From contig JAPDKE010000034.1 in the NCBI GenBank assembly GCA_029258725.1, positions 15,107-79,106 of the forward strand: a DNA stretch of 64,000 bases. Direction: 5' to 3'. Position numbers and translations under genes: made by a program. Under the pieces are notes generated by a model. The model did not search any database and had not been told where the DNA came from. It saw only the letters and a program-made list of their open reading frames with translations. This DNA is from a bacterium. GTDB taxonomy: Bacteria > Hydrothermota > UBA3072 > JAPDKE01. Positions 39,646 through 49,489 of this stretch are shown here, piece after piece (positions within the stretch are counted from its first letter, which is position 1; each line of letters starts with the position of its first letter).

Positions 39646-40499
39646 CCTTCTCTCCCTTTTATCCTTTCAGCAAGAATATTGAAGCAGAGGGTGGAAAGGA
39701 AAAGTACTGCTGCGAGTGCAAAAAGCGCATGGTAATGGACACTTCCCATTGCCACTTCTCCCATCTCTGCCGCTATGGTTGCAGTGATGGGTCTTACCGG
39801 CTGGAATATGGAACGTGGTATTACTGCAGCGCCTCCTGCCACCATGAGAACCGTCATGGTCTCTCCTGCAGCCCTTCCTGCTCCCAGGACTATGGATGTG
39901 AGTATTCCGGATTTTGCAGCAGGGAGAACAATCCTCGTTGCGGTCTCCCATTTCGTTGCACCAAGTGCAAGGGATGCCTCTCTCAGGGTAACTGGAACCG
40001 AGTTTAAGGCGTCTTCTGCAATGCTTGCAATGGTGGGGAGGGTCATCACTCCAAGAAGGAGTGATGCGGTGAATGCATTGAGACCAACCGGGACCCGGAA
40101 GATTTTCTGGACGAGGGGAGCGAGTATAACCATTCCAAAAAACCCGTATATCACGGATGGAATCCCCGCAAGAAGTTCTACGAAGGGTTTGAGAATCTCA
40201 CGGACACCCGGTTTTGCAAATTCGGAGAGATAGAGGGCGGTTCCAAGACCTATGGGAAGGGAAACAAGCATTGCCCCAATGGTCACCACAATGGAGCCCG
40301 CAAGAAGAGGAAGCAGACCAAAACATGGAGGTTCAGATGTGGGATACCAGCGTTTTCCGGTAATGAAATCAAGAAAGGGAACCTCACGGAAAAAGGGGAT
40401 AGCCTCCCCAAAAATGGAGAGGACTATCCCCATGAGGGACACGAGGGAGAAGAGAGAGACTGTACACAGAAGAATTTCTATTATGGATTCCCTCTTCAT
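39642..40499 (-). CDS. pstC: Phosphate ABC transporter permease PstC
   Basis: 285 aa permease immediately downstream of pstS. Confidence 0.9.
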   Translation of the reverse strand: MKRESIIEILLCTVSLFSLVSLMGIVLSIFGEAIPFFREVPFLDFITGKRWYPTSEPPCFGLLPLLAGSIVVTIGAMLVSLPIGLGTALYLSEFAKPGVREILKPFVELLAGIPSVIYGFFGMVILAPLVQKIFRVPVGLNAFTASLLLGVMTLPTIASIAEDALNSVPVTLREASLALGATKWETATRIVLPAAKSGILTSIVLGAGRAAGETMTVLMVAGGAAVIPRSIFQPVRPITATIAAEMGEVAMGSVHYHALFALAAVLFLSTLCFNILAERIKGREG

Positions 40500-41308
40500 T
40501 TCTCTTCCGGAAGTCTTACCGGAACAAAACCGAGTTCCTTTACGATTTTCTGCCCTTCAGGGGAGAGGATGAAGTCTATGAACTCCTTGACAACCCCTGA
40601 AGGTTTACCCCTGGTATACATGTATAAAGGGCGTGCGAGTTTGTACTTTCCCGATACCACGCTTTCAGGAGAGGGATATACTCCATCGACCTTCACTGCC
40701 TTTACATCACTGGAGAGATAGCCAAGACCTATGTATCCGATTGCGCCCGGGGTTTTTGCAACTGTCGTAAGGACTGCCTTGTTTGATGCAGCCATTATCG
40801 CATCGGGTCTCACTTTCTCTCCTTCAAGCACCATCTTCTTGAAGACCTCAAAGGTCCCTGAGGAGTGGTCCCTTGAAACAACCACTATGGTTCCTGGGTT
40901 ACCTCCCACCTCCTTCCAGTTGCTTATTTCTCCTGTGTATATTTTTCTTATCTGTTCCAGGGTCAGAGCCGTTACAGGATTTGAGGGATGCACTATCACA
41001 GCTATACCATCTTTTGCTATAATCGTTGCCACGGGATTTATTCCCTTTTCTTTCGCGCGCTTTAACTCCTTTTCCTTTATGGGTCTTGATGCATTCGCTA
41101 TGTCAGTTGTCCCATCCAGCAGATTTGCAATTCCAACTCCGGAGCCTCCACCTCTTACCGAGATATTTACCTCAGGATTTCTCTGCATGAATATCTCCGC
41201 CGCATACTGTGCAATGGGAAGCACGGTGGTTGAGCCTGTGATGGTTACGGTTTTGCTTCCGTAAAGTGGGAAAAGAGAAAAAAGAATGAACAGACAGAAC
41301 CTTCTCAT
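40496..41308 (-). CDS. pstS: Phosphate ABC transporter substrate-binding protein
   Basis: Signal peptide, TITGSTTVLPIAQ..., SRDHSSGTFEVF phosphate-binding motifs, 270 aa. Confidence 0.9.
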   Translation of the reverse strand: MRRFCLFILFSLFPLYGSKTVTITGSTTVLPIAQYAAEIFMQRNPEVNISVRGGGSGVGIANLLDGTTDIANASRPIKEKELKRAKEKGINPVATIIAKDGIAVIVHPSNPVTALTLEQIRKIYTGEISNWKEVGGNPGTIVVVSRDHSSGTFEVFKKMVLEGEKVRPDAIMAASNKAVLTTVAKTPGAIGYIGLGYLSSDVKAVKVDGVYPSPESVVSGKYKLARPLYMYTRGKPSGVVKEFIDFILSPEGQKIVKELGFVPVRLPEEK

Positions 41309-41320
41309 GTGCTCCTCCTT

Positions 41321-42271
41321 TTATATTTTTGTTGCAAACTCCCAGCGAATCTGGAACATTAACCTGTCCTTCATTTTTTCAGGTTTTCTTTCCCAGGCAG
41401 TCTGGAGAACAATCCCTGGTTTTCCCTTTTCTCTACGCAGGATGTACCAGTTGAGGCCTGAGAAAAGAAGATTTTCCTCATTCCATCTGTCCCATCTGAG
41501 CACAAATTGCAGGTCTTTCTTTACCAGTTTTTTCAGATTAAAGAAGAACATAGCCATAAATCCCTGCTTTGCCTCCCCGTTTTCTTCTGTGTAAAGGTAT
41601 TCTCCGGTGATAGAAACAGGGTCCTTCCTGATCTTTACCACACCCGCTGCATAAAGCTCGTATGGAAGGGTATCAACCGGTGGTTCATAAATTAAAGAGC
41701 CACCAAGGGTAATGCCGTAAATGGGAGTAATTCTCAGATGCACACCCGAGGCGGGGGAGAGGTCAACATCTCTTCCGGTTTTCCTGTATCCTTCACCATT
41801 CAACAGAAAGACCGCATATTCCCCATATTCTCCCGGGAAAGAGCCGGAGAGGGAAAGTCCGTAATCCGTTGAGGAGACTGCGTGATAGAGGTCTTCCGGT
41901 GCCTTTTCCATACACGTGTAATCCCATTCGTATACAGTTCCAAAGTATGTTTTTACAAGTCCCCATGTGAATCTGGAGTGGGGGATGAGGAGGTCTTTGA
42001 ACTGCACATAAGCATACTTCACCTTCACACCGGCTCCATCGGGATATCTCTCGCTTGAGAAGAAATCAAGATTGAACCTTGCGGAGACTCTGTCTGAGAA
42101 GGAGTGGTTGATGCGAAGGTACGCTCTCTTTAGCGCAAACTCACTTCCTTTGAGGTTGAGTGAATCGAAATCAGCAGTGTACCTGTTCCATACATAAAGC
42201 TCGAGAGAGGTGCTCTGGGCAAAACCGCTTATCAGGGGTAAAAGGCAAAGGAACACAACCGGCTCTCTCAT
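41321..42271 (-). CDS. Putative outer-membrane beta-barrel (possible phosphate-selective porin), first gene of the pst operon
   Basis: 316 aa with signal peptide and alternating beta-strand pattern. It lies between the Pho box and pstS. Only position and composition support a porin role. Confidence 0.35.
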   Translation of the reverse strand: MREPVVFLCLLPLISGFAQSTSLELYVWNRYTADFDSLNLKGSEFALKRAYLRINHSFSDRVSARFNLDFFSSERYPDGAGVKVKYAYVQFKDLLIPHSRFTWGLVKTYFGTVYEWDYTCMEKAPEDLYHAVSSTDYGLSLSGSFPGEYGEYAVFLLNGEGYRKTGRDVDLSPASGVHLRITPIYGITLGGSLIYEPPVDTLPYELYAAGVVKIRKDPVSITGEYLYTEENGEAKQGFMAMFFFNLKKLVKKDLQFVLRWDRWNEENLLFSGLNWYILRREKGKPGIVLQTAWERKPEKMKDRLMFQIRWEFATKI

Positions 42272-42315
42272 AAAAACCTCCTGTTTGTGGTTTCCACAGG
42301 AAAGTTAAGAAGGGT

Positions 42316-42355
42316 GTGTTAATTGAGAATTAAGATTGTGTTAAAAAAGTGTTAA
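42316..42355 (-). promoter_or_regulatory. Pho-box-like operator: three TTAACAC direct repeats in 11-bp helical phase (Bacillus PhoP-type TT(A/T/C)ACA)
   Basis: On the minus strand TTAACAC starts at 42355, 42344 and 42322 (plus-strand GTGTTAA at 42316, 42338, 42349). The spacings are 11 and 22 nt. The site is 45 nt upstream of the porin/pst start and overlaps the phoR stop codon. Confidence 0.55.
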
Positions 42356-44079
42356 TTCTGGGGAATTATTACGGTAAATGTGCTTCCCTTTCCTGGCGTG
42401 CTTTCAACAAAAATTTCCCCTCCATGAAGTTCTACAATGTGCTTTACTATGGATAAACCAAGACCTGTTCCTCCAAGTTCCCTTGACCTTGCCTTGTTCA
42501 CCACATAAAACCTCTCAAAAATTCTCGGAATGCACTCAGGGGGTATCCCCATTCCAGTATCCCTCACTCTGAATTCAATGTTCTTTTTTTTCTTTCTTAC
42601 CAGGATTTCCACCTCTCCACTCTCTGTATATTTTATGGCATTGTCCACCAGGTTCAGCAGCATCTGCTCCAGTCTAAACCCATCTCCCTTCATGTGGAGG
42701 TTTTCAGGGACACTCGCCTTGAGCATGATTCCCTTCTCCTTTGCTTTTTTCTCAAAAAACTTCATTATCTGATTCACCATTCTGGTAATATCCACATCCT
42801 CGTAATCGATCTCTCCCTTCTTTTCCAGTTCCGAGAGAGTCAGGAGGTCGTTCACGAGATTGATCAGCCTCCAGGTATGTTTTTTTATAATGTCCACATA
42901 GTGCTTTTTTTCTTCTTCCATTTCCTCTTCCAGGGTTTCCAGATATCCGTATATTGCCGTGAGTGGGGTCCTGAGTTCGTGTGATACATTCATGACAAGG
43001 TCTTTTTTGAACTCCTCAAGTTTCTTCAGTCTGGTTATGTCATGAAGGACAAGCACCACCTCATTTTTTGTCTTCATGTGGGTGATGCTTGAGAGAAAGC
43101 GTCTATCACCGATGGAAACCTCTTCGGTCATACTTTTTCCAGTTTCTATAGAGTTTTTTATGAGAGAGGAAATAGAAGGGGAATTGAGAAGGAAGATTTC
43201 CCAGAACATCTTCCCTTCCATATCAGAAATTCCGGTGATCTTTTTCATGCTTTTATTTGCCCTGATAATTTTCCCATCTTTGCTCATCACGACAAGACCT
43301 TCCTGGATGGAGGAGAGAATCCCATCAAGTTCTTCCTTCTGAAGCGTTATGGTGGTAAAGAGTTTTTTAATCTCCCCTGCCATGTGATTGAAACTTACTG
43401 CAAGTTCCTGGAGTTCGTCCCTGTTTTTGAGGTCAACCCTCACATCAAAATCTCCCGATGCTATTTTTCTTGCTGCGATGGAAAGTTTCCGGAGAGGAAC
43501 GGATACGGTTCTTGTTATAAAAATAGCACCTATGAGGGAAAGCAGGAGCACCACCCCTGCTGTTTCCAGTATCTTTCTCCTCAAATTGTGAAGCAGGGTG
43601 TTTATCTGTTTCAAAAAGAGGCTTGTTCTTACAACCCATTTCACTTCTCCATTTCTTTCTAAAGGAATCGCAACATAGAGCATCGTTTCTTTTACCGTGG
43701 TGCTGAATCTCAGAGACCTTCCTGTTTTGCCTTTGTATGCCTCTCTTATTTCAGGTCTGTTGCTGTGATTTTCCATGGTTTCAGGATTCTTTTTTGAATC
43801 TGCAATCACCACTCCATCTTTATCAATCACGGTTATACGCACGTTTATTTTCTCTCCCATCTGTTTTATGAAATTATCCAGTTCTTTGCCTTTTCCTTTT
43901 TCAAGAAATCTGTAAACACTTGGTTTAAGAGCGTTTCCGATTCTTTCAAGGTTCTCTGCAAGAGAATCAAGATAATGGGCCCTGATAACCTTGAAGGAAA
44001 AGGAAAGAATAAATCCCGAAAGGAAGAATGTGAGGAGAAGGTATCCTGCAAAGATTCTGGAGAATATGCTTTTTCTCAT
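42352..44079 (-). CDS. phoR: Phosphate-regulon sensor histidine kinase (TM-HAMP-PAS-HisKA-HATPase)
   Basis: H-box SHELRTPLTAI, N/G1/G2 boxes (LVDNAIKYT, DTGMGIP, GGTGLGLSIV), PAS segment, 575 aa. Confidence 0.9.
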   Translation of the reverse strand: MRKSIFSRIFAGYLLLTFFLSGFILSFSFKVIRAHYLDSLAENLERIGNALKPSVYRFLEKGKGKELDNFIKQMGEKINVRITVIDKDGVVIADSKKNPETMENHSNRPEIREAYKGKTGRSLRFSTTVKETMLYVAIPLERNGEVKWVVRTSLFLKQINTLLHNLRRKILETAGVVLLLSLIGAIFITRTVSVPLRKLSIAARKIASGDFDVRVDLKNRDELQELAVSFNHMAGEIKKLFTTITLQKEELDGILSSIQEGLVVMSKDGKIIRANKSMKKITGISDMEGKMFWEIFLLNSPSISSLIKNSIETGKSMTEEVSIGDRRFLSSITHMKTKNEVVLVLHDITRLKKLEEFKKDLVMNVSHELRTPLTAIYGYLETLEEEMEEEKKHYVDIIKKHTWRLINLVNDLLTLSELEKKGEIDYEDVDITRMVNQIMKFFEKKAKEKGIMLKASVPENLHMKGDGFRLEQMLLNLVDNAIKYTESGEVEILVRKKKKNIEFRVRDTGMGIPPECIPRIFERFYVVNKARSRELGGTGLGLSIVKHIVELHGGEIFVESTPGKGSTFTVIIPQN

Positions 44080-44756
44080 GGCTCAAGTTTGTATCCGACG
44101 CCTCTCACATTTTTGATAAATCTTCCTGCCTCTCCAAGTTTTTCCCTCAGGTGCTTTATGTGCACATCCACGGTTCTTTCAAGCACGATTTTGTCGTTTC
44201 CCCAAAGATATTGAAGTATCTGCCTTCTTGAAAAAACCCATCCTTTTCTTTCTGCAAGCAGGGAGAGTATTTTGAATTCAGTGGGAGTGAGTTCAATCTC
44301 TTTTTTATACACCCATACCTTATGTCTTGAAAGGTCTATTTTCACTACATCCCCGATATTCAGGATTTCAGGGGTTTCCTGCTTTTCCGCTCTTCTCAAA
44401 ACAGCCTTCACTCTTGCGACGAGTTCTCTTGGAGAGAATGGCTTTACAATGTAATCGTCCGCTCCAATTTCAAGTCCAAGAACCCTGTCCGCCTCTTCTG
44501 ACCTTGCGGTGAGCATTATTATTGGGATGGTGGAATACCTTTTGTTTCCTCTGATAAATTTACATATTTCAATGCCATCCATATCTGGAAGCATGAGGTC
44601 AAGGATGACAAGCGCAGGTGTTTCATATTCAAGAAATTGAAGGAAAGAAGAACCATCGGCAAATTTTTTGACCCTGAAATTTGCCTTTTTCAGGTGAAGT
44701 TCCACAAGATTTGCAATGTCGCTTTCGTCTTCCACCACCGCAATCAACCTGCTCAT
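44076..44756 (-). CDS. phoB: OmpR/PhoB-family response regulator
   Basis: Receiver domain (LIAVVEDESDI...DLMLPDMDG) plus winged-helix output. Probable start is MSRLIAVV at 44756. The track ORF extends to 44819. Confidence 0.9.
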   Translation of the reverse strand: MSRLIAVVEDESDIANLVELHLKKANFRVKKFADGSSFLQFLEYETPALVILDLMLPDMDGIEICKFIRGNKRYSTIPIIMLTARSEEADRVLGLEIGADDYIVKPFSPRELVARVKAVLRRAEKQETPEILNIGDVVKIDLSRHKVWVYKKEIELTPTEFKILSLLAERKGWVFSRRQILQYLWGNDKIVLERTVDVHIKHLREKLGEAGRFIKNVRGVGYKLEP

Positions 44757-44812
44757 ATTATCTCCTTTTGCGTATTTTAACACACAAAAACCTTCTGTCA
44801 ACCTGATGGTTA

Positions 44813-44841
44813 TTGACATTGTTCAGTAAGTATCTTACACT
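44813..44841 (+). promoter_or_regulatory. Sigma70-type promoter (TTGACA-17-TACACT) plus AGGAGG RBS for the nitroreductase gene
   Basis: ttgacattgttcagtaagtatctTACACT, then AGGAGG at 44849-44854 and ATG at 44859. Confidence 0.5.
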
Positions 44842-44858
44842 GAGAGAAAGGAGGAAAC

Positions 44859-45431
44859 ATGCTTTATCTTCTTTTCCTCACCTCACATGATTTTCATGAA
44901 TTCATCCAGGCAAGAAGAAGCATAAGGAGATTTGGGGAAGAGATGCCTCCTCTCTCCTCCATCATGAAGGCGATAGAGGATGGTATGTATGCGCCATCTC
45001 CTGTTAATTCTCAGCCCTGGTATTTTGTGGTGGTGATGGGGGAGAGGGAAAGGAAAGAAATTGAGGAAAGAATAGAGTGGCTCATTCCCCCGCAGGGGAA
45101 GCGGGCATACATTGTGGTTTTGTGGGATTCACTGAAGACACCGGGATGGGCAGGAATTGCATGCATGGGAGCATGCTGTGAGAATATCCTTTTAGGACTG
45201 CATGCAGAAGGACTTGGAGGATGCTGGATAGGTTCAATAAAAGAAAAGGATAGCCTCAGAACTATCCTTAAAATTCCTCAGCACCTTTCCATCTTTTCAA
45301 TCATTGCGTGTGGATATCCTCAGGAGAAACCGTTGATAGAAACAGGGGAGGGGAGACCGTATCTTGATAAAAAGAAAGTTCTCCACGTGCCAAAGGTTCC
45401 AGTTAAGGAAAGGGTAAGGGTGATAGAATAG
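44859..45431 (+). CDS. Nitroreductase-family FMN oxidoreductase
   Basis: RRSIRRF near the N-terminus, 190 aa, nitroreductase-like size and pattern. Confidence 0.75.
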   Translation: MLYLLFLTSHDFHEFIQARRSIRRFGEEMPPLSSIMKAIEDGMYAPSPVNSQPWYFVVVMGERERKEIEERIEWLIPPQGKRAYIVVLWDSLKTPGWAGIACMGACCENILLGLHAEGLGGCWIGSIKEKDSLRTILKIPQHLSIFSIIACGYPQEKPLIETGEGRPYLDKKKVLHVPKVPVKERVRVIE

Positions 45432-45467
45432 TTAAACTTTTCTATATGTTTCAAGGAATTCTTCTCT

Positions 45468-45679
45468 TTTAATTCCTGCTTGTCTGCAAATCACCCTTAG
45501 AGTAGAACCCTTTATCCTCTGCACCAAATGTCTCTATGTGAAACTTTATCGCTGATTTTACATTTTCAAGAGCCTCTTCGCATGTATCTCCTTCTCCTAC
45601 TATAATTCCCTTTAAGTCCCACAGGATATGCAACATAACCTTCAGGATGTTTCTCCACTATTATTTTAACCTGCCTCAT
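45468..45679 (-). pseudogene. HicB-like (UPF0150) antitoxin with a +1 frameshift in a GGG run (orphan, no adjacent hicA)
   Basis: AAGGAGG then ATG at 45679. It reads MRQVKIIVEKHPEGYVAYPVGLKG, then shifts frame at about 45608-45612 to continue IIVGEGDTCEEALENVKSAIKFHIETFGAEDKGFYSKGDLQTSRN. The joined product has the HicB N-domain pattern (VIEK..G.Y.A.VP.L.G ... EEALEN.KEAI..H.E). Confidence 0.5.
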
Positions 45680-45731
45680 TTTTTGACCTCCTTTTTAATT
45701 AATTACTCTGTATCTCTTTTCTCTCAACCCC

Positions 45732-47300
45732 TCAGTGCCTGAAGTGCCTCTTTTTTGTGAAAACAAGGGCTATGTCATGCTCATTTGCCGCATCTATAAC
45801 CTCTCTATCCCTTATAGAACCTCCTGGCTCTATAACTGCGGTAACCCCTGCCTCTGCCGCAAGGTCTATTGAATCACGGAAGGGGAAGAATCCATCAGAG
45901 GCAAGCGCTGTCCCTCCGGTATAATGTCCCTGAGAATGAGCCTTCTTTATTGCAAGTTCCACGGCATCCACCCTTGAGGGTTGCCCTCCACCAATTCCCA
46001 GGGTCCGGTCTTGGATTGCAAGAACGATTGCATTTGACTTGACCCACTTCACCACCTTCCACGCAAACTTCAGGGCCTCCCATTCACGCCGGGTTGGTTC
46101 CCTGTCAGAGACAACCTCCCACATGGACGGGTCGTCTTCCTCCCAGTCTGCATCCTGAACAAGCAACCCACCCCTTATCTTCCTCATGTCATAAAAATGC
46201 TCCCTTTTATACTCATCAAGGGGCACCTCAAGAATCCTCAGGTTTTTCTTTTTCTTCAAAGTATTGAGAGCCTCTTCCTCATAAGCAGGAGCAATGACAA
46301 CCTCAAAGAAGGAAGAGGTTATCTCATTTGCAACCTCAAGCGTGAGAGTGCGATTCAATGCTATGATCCCTCCAAAGGCAGAGGTCGGGTCTGCAAGATA
46401 TGCCTTCCTGAACGCATCAAGGATGTTATCCGCCTTGCCAACCCCACAGGGACCATGATGCTTGACAATACAGGCACAGGGTTCCTCAAATTCAAGAACG
46501 AGGGAAAACGCAGCATCCGCATCCAGAATGTTATTAAATGATAACTGCTTTCCATGGTGCTGATATGCTGAAAGGATGGGGGAGAAGCCAGTCCCTTCTT
46601 CCCTGTAAAGGCATGCACGCTGATGTGGATTTTCTCCATATCTTAAATCCATAACCTTTGCAAAATTGAGCGTGAGAACCCCGGGGAATTCCTTCTCCTC
46701 TTCCTTTTTTCCAAGGATACCAGCAAAAAATCCCTCAATTATCCTGTCATAATGGGAGGTGAGCCTGAATGCCTCCCTTGCAAATTTCATTCTGGTTAAG
46801 AGAGAAACCTTTCCATCCCTTTCCCTCATTTCCTCCATGAGCACATCATACTGCTCGGGAGATGTAACCACCACACATTCCCTGTAATTTTTTGCAGCAG
46901 CCCTTATGAGACTAACACCACCAATGTCAATAAGCTCTATCAGTTCCTCCTCGGGTCTTCTCATCCGGTAAGCCCTCTCAAATGGATAAAGATTAACCAC
47001 AACAAGATCAATCTTTGAAATTCCAAACTCCTCAAGAGTTGCCATATGCGCCCCATTCTCCTTCAGTGCAAGTATTCCACCGAAAACCTTTGGATGAAGC
47101 GTCTTAACCCTGCCATCCAGTATTTCAGGAAATCCTGTATAATCGCTTAAATTTATAACATCTATCCCTTTTTCTTTCAATAACTTATAGGTTCCACCAG
47201 TTGATATGATTTCCACTCCCATGTCTCTTAGGAATCTCGCAAGGTTTACCACGTTTTTCTTTTCGTAGACCGAGATGAGAGCCGTTTTTATTCTTTCCAC
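45732..47300 (-). CDS. purH: Bifunctional AICAR formyltransferase / IMP cyclohydrolase
   Basis: 522 aa. MGS-like N-domain (ALISVYEKKNVV...ISTGGT) and AICARFT C-domain. Confidence 0.95.
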   Translation of the reverse strand: MERIKTALISVYEKKNVVNLARFLRDMGVEIISTGGTYKLLKEKGIDVINLSDYTGFPEILDGRVKTLHPKVFGGILALKENGAHMATLEEFGISKIDLVVVNLYPFERAYRMRRPEEELIELIDIGGVSLIRAAAKNYRECVVVTSPEQYDVLMEEMRERDGKVSLLTRMKFAREAFRLTSHYDRIIEGFFAGILGKKEEEKEFPGVLTLNFAKVMDLRYGENPHQRACLYREEGTGFSPILSAYQHHGKQLSFNNILDADAAFSLVLEFEEPCACIVKHHGPCGVGKADNILDAFRKAYLADPTSAFGGIIALNRTLTLEVANEITSSFFEVVIAPAYEEEALNTLKKKKNLRILEVPLDEYKREHFYDMRKIRGGLLVQDADWEEDDPSMWEVVSDREPTRREWEALKFAWKVVKWVKSNAIVLAIQDRTLGIGGGQPSRVDAVELAIKKAHSQGHYTGGTALASDGFFPFRDSIDLAAEAGVTAVIEPGGSIRDREVIDAANEHDIALVFTKKRHFRH

Positions 47301-47302
47301 CT

Positions 47303-47590
47303 TTAACCTCCGAGTATTTTTTTTATCTCTTCAAGTTCTTTTATTATTTCTTCTATAAGGGTTTTTTTCTTCAGTTTTTTCCGCGCACCCTCTATTGTAT
47401 ATCCCTGATTATGCAGAAGATTTTTTATTTTTTCAACCATCTCTATGTCTTTTTTCCGATATCTCCTTCTGCCCTTTGAAGTCCGCACCGGTCTGAGTTC
47501 GGGGAAAACCTTTTCCCAGTAACGGAGGGTGGAGGGTGGAAGCCCTGTTATTTCACTTACTTCTTTAATGGTGTAATAAAGTTTCTCCAT
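47303..47590 (-). CDS. MerR-family HTH transcriptional regulator (short)
   Basis: YTIKEVSEITGLPPSTLRYWEK...GRRRY HTH, 95 aa. Confidence 0.8.
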   Translation of the reverse strand: MEKLYYTIKEVSEITGLPPSTLRYWEKVFPELRPVRTSKGRRRYRKKDIEMVEKIKNLLHNQGYTIEGARKKLKKKTLIEEIIKELEEIKKILGG

Positions 47591-47591
47591 T

Positions 47592-48587
47592 TCAGTCTTC
47601 CTCCTTCAATGCCCTTCCCATCAGATTCCTGACTCCCTCCTTCGGTTCTTTTCCCTCGAAAAGAACCGCATGAACCTCCCTTGCAATGGGCATCTCAACC
47701 TGATACTTTTCCGCAAGTCTCACCACGGATTTCGTTGTTCTCACTCCTTCTGCCACCATTACCATCTCAGAGAGAACCTCATCAAGTTTTCTTCCCTTGC
47801 CGACCTCCTCACCAACATGTCTGTTCCTTGAATACCTGCTGAATGCAGTCACAAGAAGGTCTCCCATCCCGGAAAGCCCGCTGAAAGTCTCGGGTCTTCC
47901 TCCCATAGCCACACCAAGCCTTTTGAGTTCCGCAAGCGCACGTGTTAAAAGAGCAGCCTTTGCATTTGCACCAAACCCAAGCCCATCGCATATTCCTGCT
48001 GCTATTGCATACACATTTTTAAGTGCGCCTCCAAGTTCCACTCCCACAATGTCCTTACTCCGATAAACCCTGAAATATGGGGTGAAGAATACCTCCTGAA
48101 CCTTTCTTGCGTTTTCCTCGCTTATGGATGCAGCAACCACTGAGGCAGGCATTTGCTGTGCAACCTCACGTGCGATGGACGGACCTGAAAGGACCACAAC
48201 CTTATTTTTCACATGGGGTATCTCTTCCTCAATAACCTGGGACATTCTCAGGAATGTATTTTCCTCAATCCCTTTTACAACCGATACACAGATGGAGGTG
48301 GGGGAGAGGTGGGGGGAAGAGAGAGAGGCAACGTTTCTCAATGCATGAGAAGGAACGGCAAAAACCACAAGGTCCTTTTCCTGGAGCGCCTCCTCAATGG
48401 AGGATGTTATCTTTATTTCCCGGGGGATGGGAAAGCCAGGTAAAAATTCCTTATTTTCCCTTTCTCTTTTTATCCTCTCCGCCCTCTCGGGAAAGAACTC
48501 CCAGAGAGTTACCTCATAACCCTTCCCGTGGAGGAGAAGGGCAAGGGTTGTTCCCCAGTTTCCTGCGCCAAGAACTGCTATCTTCAT
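47592..48587 (-). CDS. gpsA: NAD(P)H-dependent glycerol-3-phosphate dehydrogenase
   Basis: [16 protein letters not shown] Rossmann N-terminus, 331 aa. Confidence 0.95.
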   Translation of the reverse strand: MKIAVLGAGNWGTTLALLLHGKGYEVTLWEFFPERAERIKRERENKEFLPGFPIPREIKITSSIEEALQEKDLVVFAVPSHALRNVASLSSPHLSPTSICVSVVKGIEENTFLRMSQVIEEEIPHVKNKVVVLSGPSIAREVAQQMPASVVAASISEENARKVQEVFFTPYFRVYRSKDIVGVELGGALKNVYAIAAGICDGLGFGANAKAALLTRALAELKRLGVAMGGRPETFSGLSGMGDLLVTAFSRYSRNRHVGEEVGKGRKLDEVLSEMVMVAEGVRTTKSVVRLAEKYQVEMPIAREVHAVLFEGKEPKEGVRNLMGRALKEED

Positions 48588-48790
48588 TTTTTATAAAGTT
48601 CAAGAAACCTCTCTATGGAACGGTCATAGGTCCGCTCAACCTCTGGTGGGAAGAAGCATGCAGGCAATTCACCCTGTGATAGATGATAGCGGAGACATTC
48701 ACAGCATATTCCCTTCTTTGAACATGGCTCATACGTGCAGTTGCACCTTTTAAGATTTTCCTCCCTTTTGCACTCCATATTCACCTCCAT
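48584..48790 (-). CDS. Small Cys-rich protein (7 Cys in 68 aa), probable metal-binding
   Basis: [36 protein letters not shown]-coupled between the GT2 gene and gpsA. Confidence 0.45.
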   Translation of the reverse strand: MEVNMECKREENLKRCNCTYEPCSKKGICCECLRYHLSQGELPACFFPPEVERTYDRSIERFLELYKK

Positions 48791-49449
48791 ATCCAGATTT
48801 TAAAAAGGGTCCACAATGCAATAACTCCGTCCTTCCATCTTATCTTTTTTCCCTTTGCAACACTTCTTCCTTTATAGGATATGGGCACTTCCTTTATCTT
48901 ATATCCAAGCCTCAGGAGTTTTGCAGTGACCTCTGGCTCAAATTCAAACCTATTTGCCTTAAGCCTGAGTTTTTTAAGCAGGGAAACCGGAAGGCACTTG
49001 TAACATGTTTCCATATCGGTTAGTTTTCCATTGAAAAGCAGATTCGTCACAAAGGTGAGAATCTTATTTGCAATATAACTCGCACGTAAAAACTCACCTC
49101 CGCCAAGAAACCTTGAACCATAGACAACCACTGCCTCGCCTCTGAGAATGGGGGAAAGGAGCTTCCCGTATTCCTCAGGATTGTATTCAAGGTCCGCATC
49201 CTGAACCACCATGTAATCTCCAGTCGCATACCTTATTCCTGTTCTTATCGCAGCACCCTTTCCCATATTCCTTTCATGCCTCACCAGCTTTATTCCCGGT
49301 ATCCTTTTCAAAACCTCATAGGTTCCATCCGTGGAACAATCGTCCACAACCACAAGTTCATAGACCTCAGGAACCTTTAACACCCGCTCAACAATCTCCT
49401 TCACCGTCTCCCGCTCATTATAAACCGGCATCACCACCGTCAGTTTCAT
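48781..49449 (-). CDS. Family-2 glycosyltransferase (polyprenyl-phosphate sugar transferase type)
   Basis: VVMPVYNE...[11 protein letters not shown]...DAD motifs, 222 aa. Confidence 0.85.
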   Translation of the reverse strand: MKLTVVMPVYNERETVKEIVERVLKVPEVYELVVVDDCSTDGTYEVLKRIPGIKLVRHERNMGKGAAIRTGIRYATGDYMVVQDADLEYNPEEYGKLLSPILRGEAVVVYGSRFLGGGEFLRASYIANKILTFVTNLLFNGKLTDMETCYKCLPVSLLKKLRLKANRFEFEPEVTAKLLRLGYKIKEVPISYKGRSVAKGKKIRWKDGVIALWTLFKIWIWR

Positions 49450-49489
49450 TTCCCTCCTCTTTGGTTTACATAATATATATTATCAGACA

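Noticed and set aside
44777-44820. TTAACAC / TGTCAAC / TTGACAT half-sites in the phoB-nitroreductase divergent region as a second Pho box
   Set aside because: Spacings are 19 and 17 nt, not the 11-nt helical phasing seen at 42316-42355, and the orientation is wrong for phoB autoregulation. It is more simply the -35 region of the nitroreductase promoter.
45452-45473. Hairpin GGAATT-n10-AATTCC after the nitroreductase gene as an intrinsic terminator
   Set aside because: There is no following U-run, and it overlaps the stop codon of the HicB-like remnant on the other strand. It is at best a weak terminator.
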